Positions 29,350-39,696 of a DNA stretch of 64,000 bases are shown here, in pieces. The position numbers and the translations under genes were made by a program. The stretch's first letter is position 1. The number at the start of each line of letters is the position of its first letter. The stretch is from Nitrososphaeria archaeon (GTDB lineage: Archaea; Thermoproteota; Nitrososphaeria; JACIWG01): the NCBI GenBank assembly GCA_963752255.1, contig CAVVXT010000014.1, positions 146,022 through 210,021 on the forward strand, read 5' to 3'. The notes beneath the pieces were generated by a model. It had not been told where the DNA came from. It made no database searches and saw only the letters and a list, made by a program, of their open reading frames with translations.

Positions 29350-29748
29350 TTACTGTGATAATGTAAGGGGCACAGAGGCTAAGATCGCTACGGCGCCTGA
29401 TGAAGTAGCCTGCCCTATTATAAATATCTTTGCGCCAACGACGTTACTTCCTACTTCGTAAGAACCTGTCATTGTGCTTTTGGTTGCTGTAAAACTACCT
29501 GAATGTAAGACGCTCCCATTTAGGTCAGCTCCAACGATATAGCTTTCTCCTTTTATCAAGCCTGAAGCTGTCCACATTATTGTGTCACCTACAACGTAAC
29601 TTGTCCTGTCTGTAATTATTGTGTAGGTGGAGGTCGTTTTTTGAAAAAGGTAGTTTGATCCTCCTCCAAGAATTAATAATATTACCGCCGCGATTAGAGC
29701 GCCTTTAGCAACCCTCTCCTTAAATTCTGACATATCTTTCCATTGCAT
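29350..29748 (-). CDS. Small membrane-anchored exported beta-rich protein
   Basis: N-terminal TM helix then TDRTSYVVGDTI, an Ig-like start motif. Confidence 0.7.
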   Translation of the reverse strand: MQWKDMSEFKERVAKGALIAAVILLILGGGSNYLFQKTTSTYTIITDRTSYVVGDTIMWTASGLIKGESYIVGADLNGSVLHSGSFTATKSTMTGSYEVGSNVVGAKIFIIGQATSSGAVAILASVPLTLSQ

Positions 29749-30209
29749 TTATTTTGCATAGATATATCACTTACCTAGAATCATTCATCAATTATTATTA
29801 TGACTAAGGTTAAGTTGTCAAAATGCTTCGGCAACAGGCATATGCGTACGCTGTTGAATACGTTTTAAATAGCACAATTTGAAAATGAGTTTAGGCTATA
29901 ACAACAAAACAGGCTCAATTGTTCACAATTTAACCTTCATATTATTCTTACTGAACTCATGCCAAATCATCGCTAAAATTGATCTAGATCTATCCACGAC
30001 CAACCCCATCGTATATTCATCATAATGTTGGCCTTAGATTTTGATGCACCAGAAAAATCATCCAAAGAATTTATTGCAAATATACTGAGGTCATTTTTTT
30101 ATCTGGCTGCAATTTTGGGTTAGCATTAGATTTTATTTTCCTAAAAAGGTTTGATCTGGGAATTATCTTTATGACCTTAAGGGGTTCCATCTTTTTTGAT
30201 AAATAGGCT

Positions 30210-30383
30210 GTCAAGTCTGTTAAGTCGGCGTTAAGTTTGCCGTTAAGTTTGCTGTTAAGTCGGTGTTAAGTTGTGCGTTAAGTTTTCCGTTAAATTTAAG
30301 TTTTTTAACGCCAAAAACTGTGTCCGGTTTTTACCTCATCATTTTCCAGTAGACTTGTCTGGGGCATCTGTTAAGTGTTAAGC
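30210..30383 (+). repeat. Iteron-like GTTAAGT direct-repeat array
   Basis: GTTAAGT at 30219, 30230, 30242, 30254, 30265 and 30277 (11-12 bp period) and again at 30370; variants at 30210, 30289 and 30377. Confidence 0.85.
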
Positions 30384-30932
30384 TGTTTTCCTTGACGCAG
30401 CATTTGCAGGCCTTTGTCCGTCAATTGGGCCTTTACACCATCTGATCCAGATGTCAATATCACGGTTCCCTCTTTCTAGTACTTATGCAGGTAGTCTCAG
30501 GCGTTCTCCCTGGTAGTCCCAAATTTTGTCCCCCTCCATATTGAATAATGGAGGGTTATTAGGGCTCAATTCAAGCCTTCTTAGACAAATAGAAAACGCG
30601 TCGATTGTGGAGGATTGGCACGCTAGAGTTATGGTACAAGGTCTGGTCAAAGCAAAGCTAAAGCCTACCGATCGACTTAGAATTACAACGTGTAAAGACT
30701 ATAGTAGATTGATAAAAATCCTTACATCAGTTCTTTAACATTATAGTTTAACGCTTAAGATCCTATATTTCTGCCTGTTCTATCGTTGATCATTAACTTC
30801 TTTGTTCTTCGAACTGTTTCTCAAAACCTTTTCAATCTCCTCTTTTTTTGATCAATCATTTGAGGATATCTCATGGAATAGTCTGAAGTATACAGCACGT
30901 GCCGCATAGACATCTTTTTAGCGATAAATTCT

Positions 30933-31517
30933 TCAGGTCTCTGTTTTACTTTTTCCTCTTCGCTTAAACTTTGGACATGCCGTACATGTTAATGGGTGTT
31001 CCTTTACGTTCATCTTTACCAAATTAACTTCCTTTGTCTGATCCAGCCGACGCCAAAATGTGCAGAAGCCGTCTTTATCGATCATCTTACAGCCATATTC
31101 GCGATCAGAAGCCCTAAGACTTGCAATCATTTGCAACGAGTCTACGCTTTCCAAAAGCTTTTTGAGCCTTAAATCAGCTGACCCAATACCTTCTTTGAGG
31201 CTTGTTAATTCGTCATCAACTCGAGACATCCTCTCGCTGAGATCTTTTATCGTTTTCACTTCCTTGAGCTGATCGCTTATATCGTCAGCTACTTTGGTGA
31301 GCTCGTTTAACCTCGCATTTAGTTCATCTATCCTTTTGTCTAGCTCTGCGACCTGCGTAATCTTGGGCTGATGGCTTTCGTACGGTGATATAAGCTCCCA
31401 AGTCTTGTAGCTGCTTCTTCCCAGCTGTTTCCCTATTTCTCTATAGCTTAAGCCATTTCTTCTAAGCTCCAACGCCTTCCTTGTCAGCTCGTCGTCATCT
31501 CCCTTTTTCCTTGGCAT
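30933..31517 (-). CDS. HTH - coiled coil - C4 zinc-finger protein
   Basis: ALELRRNGLSYREIGKQLG (HTH), heptad-rich middle, C-x8-C...C-x2-C C-terminus; start ATG 31517. Confidence 0.8.
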   Translation of the reverse strand: MPRKKGDDDELTRKALELRRNGLSYREIGKQLGRSSYKTWELISPYESHQPKITQVAELDKRIDELNARLNELTKVADDISDQLKEVKTIKDLSERMSRVDDELTSLKEGIGSADLRLKKLLESVDSLQMIASLRASDREYGCKMIDKDGFCTFWRRLDQTKEVNLVKMNVKEHPLTCTACPKFKRRGKSKTET

Positions 31518-31518
31518 A

Positions 31519-31567
31519 ATAACGTTATATGATAACGTTATATAAGAACATTTTATAATAACGTTTG
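31519..31567. promoter_or_regulatory. Array of ATAACGTTAT palindromes at 13-bp period over the HTH gene promoter
   Basis: Exact copies at 31519 and 31532, degenerate copies at 31545 (AGAACATTTT) and 31558 (ATAACGTTTG); overlaps a TTATAAAA TATA box on the minus strand. Confidence 0.7.
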
Positions 31568-31736
31568 ACAAAAAGCTGGTGCCCAAACATATCCGTATAC
31601 CCGTTTATATTCATCGGACATGAGCTCTTATATCATGCTCCAACTTAAACCGAAGTCCTTTTCAAGCTGCTTCATTATGTCTGTGCTCTCGGTCATACTC
31701 CTATCCCCTTTTGAGCGATACTATTGCCCTGTTGAT

Positions 31737-31860
31737 ATAGGGTACCCTATTGTCAACTTTGACAGTTGGTCAAGTGATGGCGGATGATGAACGCCGATGA
31801 TGGATGTTGATGGTTGATGATGGAAGATGATGATCGTTGATGATGACTGTTGATGACTGA
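31737..31860 (+). repeat. Two adjacent palindromes followed by a GATGATG repeat tract
   Basis: ATAGGGTACCCTAT (31737-31750), TGTCAA-CT-TTGACA (31751-31764); GATGATG at 31783, 31796, 31816, 31826 and 31839. Confidence 0.7.
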
Positions 31861-32655
31861 GTCTGGCTAATAGAATAGCACGGGAACTCTAGGAAAAGCC
31901 TCAGACAGCTATTACAGATATTGTATGAGGTTTGGAGAGGGAATTAAGAAAAGGATAAGGAATGTGGACACTTTTACCAGAACCATTTATCATCATCAAT
32001 TATAACTTACCAGTATTTGGGTTTATTATAATATCTAAGATTGTACCCGCCGATGTCCTATAATGTACCTGACTGTTCGATTTTATGCATGTGATTGTCC
32101 CATAGTTGCAAAGGAAAAAATAAGGATATCGTTTAATAATTTGAACTAAGAATTCAAACGGTTTCTTAAATTTGGGGAAAGACATCCAGCATGTCCATGC
32201 CAAGGAAAATTAGGTGAGGTTGACAATCAAGCTCTGTTGTAGGGGGCAACCATGATTTGATTTCATGGAATGGCCGGGTTTGGCGATGCTTCAGTGAGGT
32301 TTATGATTTTGCCGCAAAGAACTATAGATAATCATGAAATTTACTATAAAAAACCAGTTATCATAGGCTTAAGGATACAGTTTTCAAAGATAGTTTTCCA
32401 CAATAGGAAATATGAAAAATCCTTTATTGCTAATTCATATTTTTTCCTTAAACTAAATAGAAGAAATAAATGCTACATTTAGTTTTAAAGGTGCTTGTGT
32501 TTATTTTGCGGCTTTGACAGAGCTAGTTTATTTATTTCTTTTAATGCTATATGTCATTTTCTTATTATATTACAATTCTTAATGAATTATCATGTTGTTA
32601 TACAAACGGTTTTAAAGTATTATATACGAATTAATACAGTTTTTGATAGCGCTGT

Positions 32656-34083
32656 ATGAGCAACAAGGGTAATCAATCCTACAAGTGGGCTGTTCTCCTG
32701 ATAACTTCAATTGGCGCTTTTATGTCCCCCCTCGATAGTACAATAGTGAGTGTTTCACTTCCATCGATAGCATCAGGCCTAGGCATCGATTATGCTACGG
32801 TCATATGGGTTCCAACCGCGTACCTGACATCCCTTGCCGTTCTCCTTCTGACCGTTGGAAGGCTGTCCGACTTAAGGGGAAGGAAAATGCTATTCATCTC
32901 GGGGCTTTCTATATTTGTTTTATCGTCATTGCTCTGCAGTCTGTCTAACTCTGGTCTTCAGCTCATAATATTCAGGTTTATGCAGGGAGCTGGAGCCGCA
33001 TTCATGGGATCTACTTCAACCGCTATAATTACAGACGTATTCCCAAGCAAAGAAAGGGGCAAGGCGTTGGGGATAAACACGATGTCGATCTATGTGGGAC
33101 TTTCAGTTGGCCCAAGTCTGGGCGGTTTCTTAACTCAGCTTCTCGGATGGCGCTCAATCTTTTACATAAATGTTCCAATAGGCGTCCTGACTATTGTTTT
33201 AGCCCTCTCAAAGTTAGAGGAATCCATGACCAACCCCCAGAGGAAACGTTTTGACCTGTTGGGGGCATTAACATTTTCTTGCGGCCTCGTCGCCCTATTG
33301 GTGGCTCTTACATTGAGCGGAAATTATGGATGGGGGGCTCCCATATTCAGCCTCCTGTTAGCTGGTGTGTTCCTATTGCTAATCTTCATTCTCATTGAAA
33401 AGAAAAAGGGTGCTGAAGCCATGCTCGACATTTCACTCTTTTCCCACAATAGGCTGTTTGCAGCCGCAAATTTCTCCGCCTTATTGAACTATACATCCTA
33501 CTTTGGTGTGAGTTTGTTCATATCGTTCTACCTCCAGAGGATCCTGAACTACTCCCCCTTGAGAGCGGGGATCATACTTTTCACAATGCCAGTTATCATG
33601 TCCATTTTGTCTCCTTTCAGCGGCTGGATTTCCGACAGAATTGGTTCAAGAACTTTAAGCTCGTCGGGCATGTCTCTTATGTGTCTTGGGCTCCTGCTTA
33701 TGACAACATTAGACGTCAGTTCTTCCTCTTTAGATGTGTCGATTAGGCTCTTTATCATAGGCTTTGGTATGGGGCTATTTTCCTCTCCCAATACGAGCGC
33801 TGTGATGGGCTCCGTTGAAAAGGACAAATTGGGTGTAGCATCCGGCACGTTGGCGACGATGAGGTTCTTAGGACAGTCAATGAGCCTAGCTGTGATGGGT
33901 GCCATCGTTGCTACAGTTGTTCCCAGCAAAGTTCTATCCGATCTTTTCATAGGCCTTTACCCTTCCGGTAGCGAAGTTGTAGCAAAGGCCTTCGTAGAAG
34001 GAATAAGGCGAGCATTTATCGTTTCAGCATTTATAGCCGCCTTAGGCGTCTTCACATCTCTAGTTAGAGGGAAGGGAAAGTAA
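32656..34083 (+). CDS. MFS drug:H+ antiporter (EmrB/QacA, DHA2)
   Basis: LDSTIVSVSLP, GRLSDLRGRK, WRSIFYINVPIG; about 14 hydrophobic segments. Confidence 0.93.
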   Translation: MSNKGNQSYKWAVLLITSIGAFMSPLDSTIVSVSLPSIASGLGIDYATVIWVPTAYLTSLAVLLLTVGRLSDLRGRKMLFISGLSIFVLSSLLCSLSNSGLQLIIFRFMQGAGAAFMGSTSTAIITDVFPSKERGKALGINTMSIYVGLSVGPSLGGFLTQLLGWRSIFYINVPIGVLTIVLALSKLEESMTNPQRKRFDLLGALTFSCGLVALLVALTLSGNYGWGAPIFSLLLAGVFLLLIFILIEKKKGAEAMLDISLFSHNRLFAAANFSALLNYTSYFGVSLFISFYLQRILNYSPLRAGIILFTMPVIMSILSPFSGWISDRIGSRTLSSSGMSLMCLGLLLMTTLDVSSSSLDVSIRLFIIGFGMGLFSSPNTSAVMGSVEKDKLGVASGTLATMRFLGQSMSLAVMGAIVATVVPSKVLSDLFIGLYPSGSEVVAKAFVEGIRRAFIVSAFIAALGVFTSLVRGKGK

Positions 34084-34242
34084 AAGAAGCTTGGAAGCAA
34101 AGATAACTACTGTATCCTCTATTAATTTACACAGCGAGATTCATAATATCCTTCGAAAAACATGTACTTCAAACTAATTTTGTCTTGTTGGCGAACTTAA
34201 ACGCTTAATAATTGATGGTTTACTGAGTTGCATTAGGTTTAG

Positions 34243-34707
34243 ATGAAAGTTCTAATCGTCTATGATTCTGTTTCTCCTATGAAGTTGACGGCGAAGGTGG
34301 CTGAAGCGATTGTTGAGATGTTGAAGGAGAAGGGAATTGAAGTTGACTCCTTCTTCGTAAACGATATTGACAAGGCTATTGTTAAGAACTACGACTGTTT
34401 AATTGCTGGTGCGCCCACGATGGCTTTCAGGGCATCGAAAGGGATTATGCAGTTTCTTAACGGTTTGTCAAGCAAAGAATTTTCTGGAAAGCTGGCTGTT
34501 GCTTTTGACACTCAAATTTAGTCAAGGTTCAGCGGAAGCGCAGCTAAGGGTATAGAAGGCAAACTTAAGGGTCTTGGTTTCAGGCTTGTCACCGTTCCTC
34601 TGATTACGTACATAGAAGGCAAGGGGAACGACTTGCATCTGAAAGAAGGTGAGCTAGAGAAAGCCAAGAAATGGGCGCAAAGAGTTGCAGAAGCTCTATC
34701 TAAGTAG
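34243..34707 (+). pseudogene. Flavodoxin-like protein with single in-frame TAG at 34519-34521
   Basis: VYDS...T.KVAEAI, GAPT, AFDT; the same frame continues SRFSGSAAKGIE...LKEGELEKAKKWA to TAG 34707. Confidence 0.85.
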
Positions 34708-34968
34708 GACCACTTACCACCTTTAAATCTGCCATCTTCTATCTTATGATGTCAGTGCGTCCCTTCTAGGCAGTTCTCCTACTCAGCGACCTGTTTTCAA
34801 ACGAAATCCCGGTATCTGGGATGAAAGGAGAGGTTAACAAGTTTTTCGGAACACAGCGGTTTAACAACAGATCTGCAAAGATCCCTGCAGGCGCCATGAG
34901 TTAAACCTCCTTTTAACCGAACGATTTAATTTCTGACTTTGTATAGCGTTTGGTACGGGAGGACTGTG

Positions 34969-36003
34969 ATGAGGTTCGATGTAGTTGGGTTAGGAATAAG
35001 CGTTATAGATTGCCTGCTTCTAGTAGAAGATCCTAATGTAATTTTCAAAGGTAAATATACTCAGTTTAGACCTGACATCGAGCTCCCTGTTAATTCTAGG
35101 AAGTTTTCCAAATGGTCAATTCAGGGAGGCGGATTAGTAGCCACAGCGATGGCTGCGGTCGGCCGTTTAGGTGGAAAAGCAGTGATGATATCAAAGGTTG
35201 GAGACGATGAATGGGGTAAATTCGCTATCTCCGATTTTAAGAAGTACAACGTAGAGACAAGCCATGTATTCGTTGACAAAGGCATCCAAACTTGGCTGAC
35301 TTTCATCCTTTTGGGCAAGGATGGTACTAATCAGTGGGTAGAAGCCAAGTATCTCAAGGACTTTAACCTACCTCCAGACATACGCCGTGCAGCTATGTGG
35401 GCGATGGCAAACCCACTGACCGCAGAGGAGATGAAGAGACACGAAATCTATTCAAATGAACAGCTAGATATTTTGACGGAAGGAAAGGTGCTCAATTTAG
35501 GGGAATGCTCCGATGCAACCCTTGATGCTGCCCGTACGGCCAAGAGGAATGGTGTTCCAACTTGCTATGATATGGAAACCTATTCGCATCCTAAACTGCT
35601 CGAGTTCTTGAAGAACATAACATACCTCATTCTATCTCGAAAGACGGCGATGGAGTTCACCAAGGAAACGGATCCCGTTGCCATGTGTAAGAAGCTTCTC
35701 CCGTATGGCCCGGAGGTTGCTGGGGTCACACTTGGGGAGGATGGCTCGGTGTTCGCAGTCGGGAATGAAGTCATCGTCCGAAAAGCGTTCAAAGTCCAAG
35801 CTGTGGACACAACTGGTGCTGGTGATGTCTTCCATGGCGTTTTCAGCTATGGGATTGCCCAGGGATGGGATATTGTTAGAGCAATAGAGTTTTCGAGTGC
35901 TGTATCGTCCATTAAGTGCACAAAAATGGGAGGTAGGGCAGGTATCCCCAGTCTGACGGAGGTCGAAGCATTCCTGAAGAAACGCGTTGAGGAGATACGC
36001 TGA
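34969..36003 (+). CDS. PfkB/ribokinase family carbohydrate kinase
   Basis: GGGLVATA...GRLG, VGDDEWG, VTLGEDG, VDTTGAGDVFHG. Confidence 0.92.
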   Translation: MRFDVVGLGISVIDCLLLVEDPNVIFKGKYTQFRPDIELPVNSRKFSKWSIQGGGLVATAMAAVGRLGGKAVMISKVGDDEWGKFAISDFKKYNVETSHVFVDKGIQTWLTFILLGKDGTNQWVEAKYLKDFNLPPDIRRAAMWAMANPLTAEEMKRHEIYSNEQLDILTEGKVLNLGECSDATLDAARTAKRNGVPTCYDMETYSHPKLLEFLKNITYLILSRKTAMEFTKETDPVAMCKKLLPYGPEVAGVTLGEDGSVFAVGNEVIVRKAFKVQAVDTTGAGDVFHGVFSYGIAQGWDIVRAIEFSSAVSSIKCTKMGGRAGIPSLTEVEAFLKKRVEEIR

Positions 36004-36380
36004 CACTACGATTCAGCTTCTGTTTATATCTTTGGAGGAAACGCGTATCCTATGTTACAGCTTCCTTGCATTCAGGTACTCGTCAAATTCGGGGAAAAGC
36101 CAGAGAGGCGGCTGCGTTCATACTTTTTCTAGTGCATCTAATAACGGAAAGGCGAACCTTAAACTCTCAAATCCCATAACGTTTATGAAAAGTAAGGGAC
36201 ACCCTGAACCTAAAAGTGTTACGACTGACGAAATGGCTAAAATTTTTCTTGCCTTTTTCTTTTACTATTGTAGGCATAAAAAAATATTATTTTCATCATA
36301 CATAAGTTAATGCTTTAGTACATCAACCATGTTTGCCTTCGTAAATAGTAAATTGGTTACTACCACTTCTGCACAGTCTT

Positions 36381-37475
36381 TTAGTCTTCTCTCCATTTGA
36401 ACAGTCTTACTGCGGCCACAAAGATAACCACAGTGATCACGCCTGCGACGACAAGGTCTACGGATGCCTGTCCAAAGTTTCCGTAGATCATGACCGCGTT
36501 AAGGCCGTCTGTAATGTAGAACAGTGGAAGCACGCGTGCAACATACTGCAGATATTGGGGCATTATCGATATGGGGAAGAAGGTGCCTGCGAGAAACATC
36601 ATCGGGAAAGTTATGACGTTTCCTATAACACTGGCTGTGTCTGTGCTCTTGGTAATTGTCCCCACCAGCATACCTAACGAGGCGAAAAGTATCGGACCCA
36701 GAACAAGGAACGGAACAAGCCAAATTGAAAAAGTGATATGTGCACCAAATAGGAAAATTCCGACACCGGTCATGAACAGGAAAGATAGCGCTGAAAGAAC
36801 AATATAGAACAGAACCTTGGAAGTCAACCATTCAAGTTTTGTGAGAGGTGTCAAAGACAGTTGTTTAAAGAGCTTCAATCTCTTGTACTCTGAAGAAATG
36901 TTCACGAGAGAAAACATAGGACTCACAAGAATGGAGAAACCTATCAAGCCCGGGATCAAGTTATCAACGTATGAAATCACTCGAGAGTTCACAGTGGCCC
37001 GATTAACCCCTATAACAGGCGAGCCTCCGTAACGCTTCAGATTGAAGCCATTTATCACACCGGTAACGGTTCCGATAACGATGACACTGGAGCTTTGCGC
37101 GGGATTTCCATATAAAGTCACGTTAACTGGTTTTCCGGCTAGGAAACTAGAAGAAAAATTCTCTGGTATAATTATTCCATCGGAAGAGGAGTGCGCAGCT
37201 AAATAATTTGAGAAATTTTCTGATGCGCTTACCTGTATTATGTGCACGGTGCCAGTGCCGTTAAGCGCCTGCACGAAGAAGGTTGAGACCTGGCCGGCAT
37301 CCTTGTTTTGAACGTAAAGGTTAATCGCGCCATTGGAACCACCGGAAAAGATGGCACCGAAAATAATTATTATAATAACTGGAAACACAAGACCAAAGAA
37401 CAATCCGACCCAGTTTCTCAAGTATCCACGACTGAACAAGCGAAGATCAGCAACCGTTCTTCCCAAACTTGCCAT
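36381..37475 (-). CDS. ABC-2 type exporter permease
   Basis: N-terminal TM, extracellular domain, PGLIG, FLAGTFFP, multiple TMs. Confidence 0.92.
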   Translation of the reverse strand: MASLGRTVADLRLFSRGYLRNWVGLFFGLVFPVIIIIIFGAIFSGGSNGAINLYVQNKDAGQVSTFFVQALNGTGTVHIIQVSASENFSNYLAAHSSSDGIIIPENFSSSFLAGKPVNVTLYGNPAQSSSVIVIGTVTGVINGFNLKRYGGSPVIGVNRATVNSRVISYVDNLIPGLIGFSILVSPMFSLVNISSEYKRLKLFKQLSLTPLTKLEWLTSKVLFYIVLSALSFLFMTGVGIFLFGAHITFSIWLVPFLVLGPILFASLGMLVGTITKSTDTASVIGNVITFPMMFLAGTFFPISIMPQYLQYVARVLPLFYITDGLNAVMIYGNFGQASVDLVVAGVITVVIFVAAVRLFKWRED

Positions 37476-37480
37476 AGCGA

Positions 37481-38443
37481 CTAGCGCCTCCGATTACTGG
37501 GGTCAGAATTACCGTTTTCAATCCTAACTTCTTCCTGCCTATCTATTGCTACACTAACGAGCTTGACAAACACGTCATCCAGACTGTCGCGACGAGTACG
37601 GATTTCTCCCCAGTCGAGTCCCGATTTTTGGACAGCGGCCAAAGCCGTTAAAGCGTCAATCTTTTGCTTGAGACTAATGCTGATCAAACCTTTACCGTTG
37701 TACTCAACGTTCAGATTCGTGTTCGAACGGAGATATTCAGCTAACTCTTCGGACCCGTGAATTTCAAGATGTTCACCAGAGCCATGAGCTTCAATGATCT
37801 CGTCAGAAGTTCCCATAGCCACTACTCGCCCGTGGTTCATAATAGCCACCCTATCCGAGAGCTGCTCAGCCTCTTCAAGGTAGTGTGTAGTTAAAATCAC
37901 GGTTTTCCCGTTGCTCTTCAATCCTCTAATTACTTCCCAGATCGCTCTTCTCGCGTTAGGGTCTAGTCCTGTGGTTGGCTCATCAAGAAAAAAAAGCTCG
38001 GGAACATTTACAAGCGCAAGAGCTAGCCCCATCTTCTGTTTCTGTCCTCCTGAAAGGTTTTCGAAAAGAATACCTGCTGAATCCTCAAGCAAAACTTCTT
38101 TAAGGATAGCGTCCGGGTCAACGCTTACGCCAAAAAGGCTTGCGTAATATTTTATCGCCTCCCTTGGGTTCGCCTTTTCAAAGAAGGTGAAGTTCTGCGG
38201 TATAACACCAATTCTTTTATGCAGGTCGTAGCCCTTTTCCCAAGGGTCAAGGCCCAACACTTTCACACTACCGTCATCCCTCTTCCGCAAACCCTCCAAA
38301 ATCTCTATCAGAGTTGTTTTACCGGCTCCGTTCGGGCCGAGCAGAGCAAAAACCTCACCTTCGTCAACAGAAAATGTAACTTCATCCACGGCGTTTAAGT
38401 TACCGTAGCGCTTTCTGACAGAAGAGATTTCAATCGGAATCAT
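37481..38443 (-). CDS. ABC exporter ATP-binding subunit
   Basis: GPNGAGKT, LSGGQ, FLDEPTTGLD, TTHY. Confidence 0.95.
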   Translation of the reverse strand: MIPIEISSVRKRYGNLNAVDEVTFSVDEGEVFALLGPNGAGKTTLIEILEGLRKRDDGSVKVLGLDPWEKGYDLHKRIGVIPQNFTFFEKANPREAIKYYASLFGVSVDPDAILKEVLLEDSAGILFENLSGGQKQKMGLALALVNVPELFFLDEPTTGLDPNARRAIWEVIRGLKSNGKTVILTTHYLEEAEQLSDRVAIMNHGRVVAMGTSDEIIEAHGSGEHLEIHGSEELAEYLRSNTNLNVEYNGKGLISISLKQKIDALTALAAVQKSGLDWGEIRTRRDSLDDVFVKLVSVAIDRQEEVRIENGNSDPSNRRR

Positions 38444-38734
38444 TTAAACAACAACCTTATGCGACAAAAGCGTCTCCAAATGTTCAAATCAGGTTAGTTT
38501 AAAGCCAAGACATGTTCACTTTTACATATGTTGATTCGCGTTCCATTAAAAAGCTTCCTCGGATTCCTCTCATAGAAAAGCTATTTAAAAGGTTTAAAGA
38601 GCATCTGTAAAAAATAGCTATATTATTTTTTGATCTATATTGGTAATTTTTGCAATGGTTTTTACTAGATTTTCGCCTTTGAAGTTTCTGCTAAAGATAA
38701 AGTTCTATGTTATATATATGTATATAATCAATAA

Positions 38735-39502
38735 ATGGATGTTGTAGAGTTGATAGAAAAACCAGAATATGGCAACTGGGTTTCAAAAAGGCTTATCATT
38801 TTTTCTTCTGTACTGGGATTAGGGTTCTTGGGATTAGTCCTTCTTTCAAAGATCTTTGCTATTCCTGCTGGACTGTTCTTCTTATTCTCAGCGTATTTTA
38901 CCTATGCTCGTTACAAGTTCTCTCCCAAAGGTGGAAATGTACAAGGACGTATACTTGATTTGCTACTGACACATTTGGACTGGAATGGAGAAGGGTTAAT
39001 ACTAGATGTAGGCTGTGGAAATGGCGCTCTCGCTATCAAGCTCGCTCACAAGTATGCGATAGCTCGGGTAATAGGGATCGACTATTGGGGAGGAAACTGG
39101 GAATACTCGAAAGAAGCATGTGAATCTAACGCAAAGATTGAAGGGGTTGCTGATCGTACAACCTTCCAGAAAGCAAGTGCCACAGCTTTGCCTTTTGAGG
39201 ATGAGCATTTCGATGCCGTGGTCAGCAATCTGGTATTTCATGAAGTAAAAGATGTAGCAGACAAACGTGAAGCTATCAGAGAAGCATTGCGTGTGTTGAA
39301 GAAAGGTGGGAAATTCGCTTTCCAAGATCTATTTTTAGTTAAGCGGACATATGGAGACCCAGATGATCTAGTTACTACTCTTCTTGGTTGGAAAATAAGA
39401 AGTGTGGAGTTCGTTCATACGCGAGATGCAACATTTATTCCACCAGCGTTGAAACTGCCTTTTATGGTTGGAACCATCGGGGTTATCAAGGGAGAGAAAT
39501 GA
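38735..39502 (+). CDS. Membrane-anchored class I SAM-dependent methyltransferase
   Basis: Two N-terminal TMs; ILDVGCGNG, LPFEDEHFDAVVS, RVLKKGG. Confidence 0.92.
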   Translation: MDVVELIEKPEYGNWVSKRLIIFSSVLGLGFLGLVLLSKIFAIPAGLFFLFSAYFTYARYKFSPKGGNVQGRILDLLLTHLDWNGEGLILDVGCGNGALAIKLAHKYAIARVIGIDYWGGNWEYSKEACESNAKIEGVADRTTFQKASATALPFEDEHFDAVVSNLVFHEVKDVADKREAIREALRVLKKGGKFAFQDLFLVKRTYGDPDDLVTTLLGWKIRSVEFVHTRDATFIPPALKLPFMVGTIGVIKGEK

Positions 39503-39670
39503 GCGTTAGCTATTTTGGGAGTCAATTAAATGAATACTTAATATACAAGTGAAGCTATTTTGTAATTATTATTCAATTAAACAAATAATTCAAAGATGCC
39601 GTTTATTGACATCTTTTTTGAAAAGTTAAAATAAAGGGTTCCTGAACAAACAACCTTCAAAGAATATGGC

Positions 39671-39691
39671 GTCTCTTAGATTCTAAGAGAC
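39671..39691. terminator. Perfect inverted repeat just downstream of pirin (convergent gene end)
   Basis: GTCTCTTAGA-T-TCTAAGAGAC; the 1-nt spacer makes a protein-binding site equally possible. Confidence 0.4.
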
Positions 39692-39696
39692 CGTGA

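Noticed and set aside
31860-32650. Short ORFs 32000..32203 and 32270..32482
   Set aside because: No recognisable motifs and frequent stops in all frames; probably decayed DNA.
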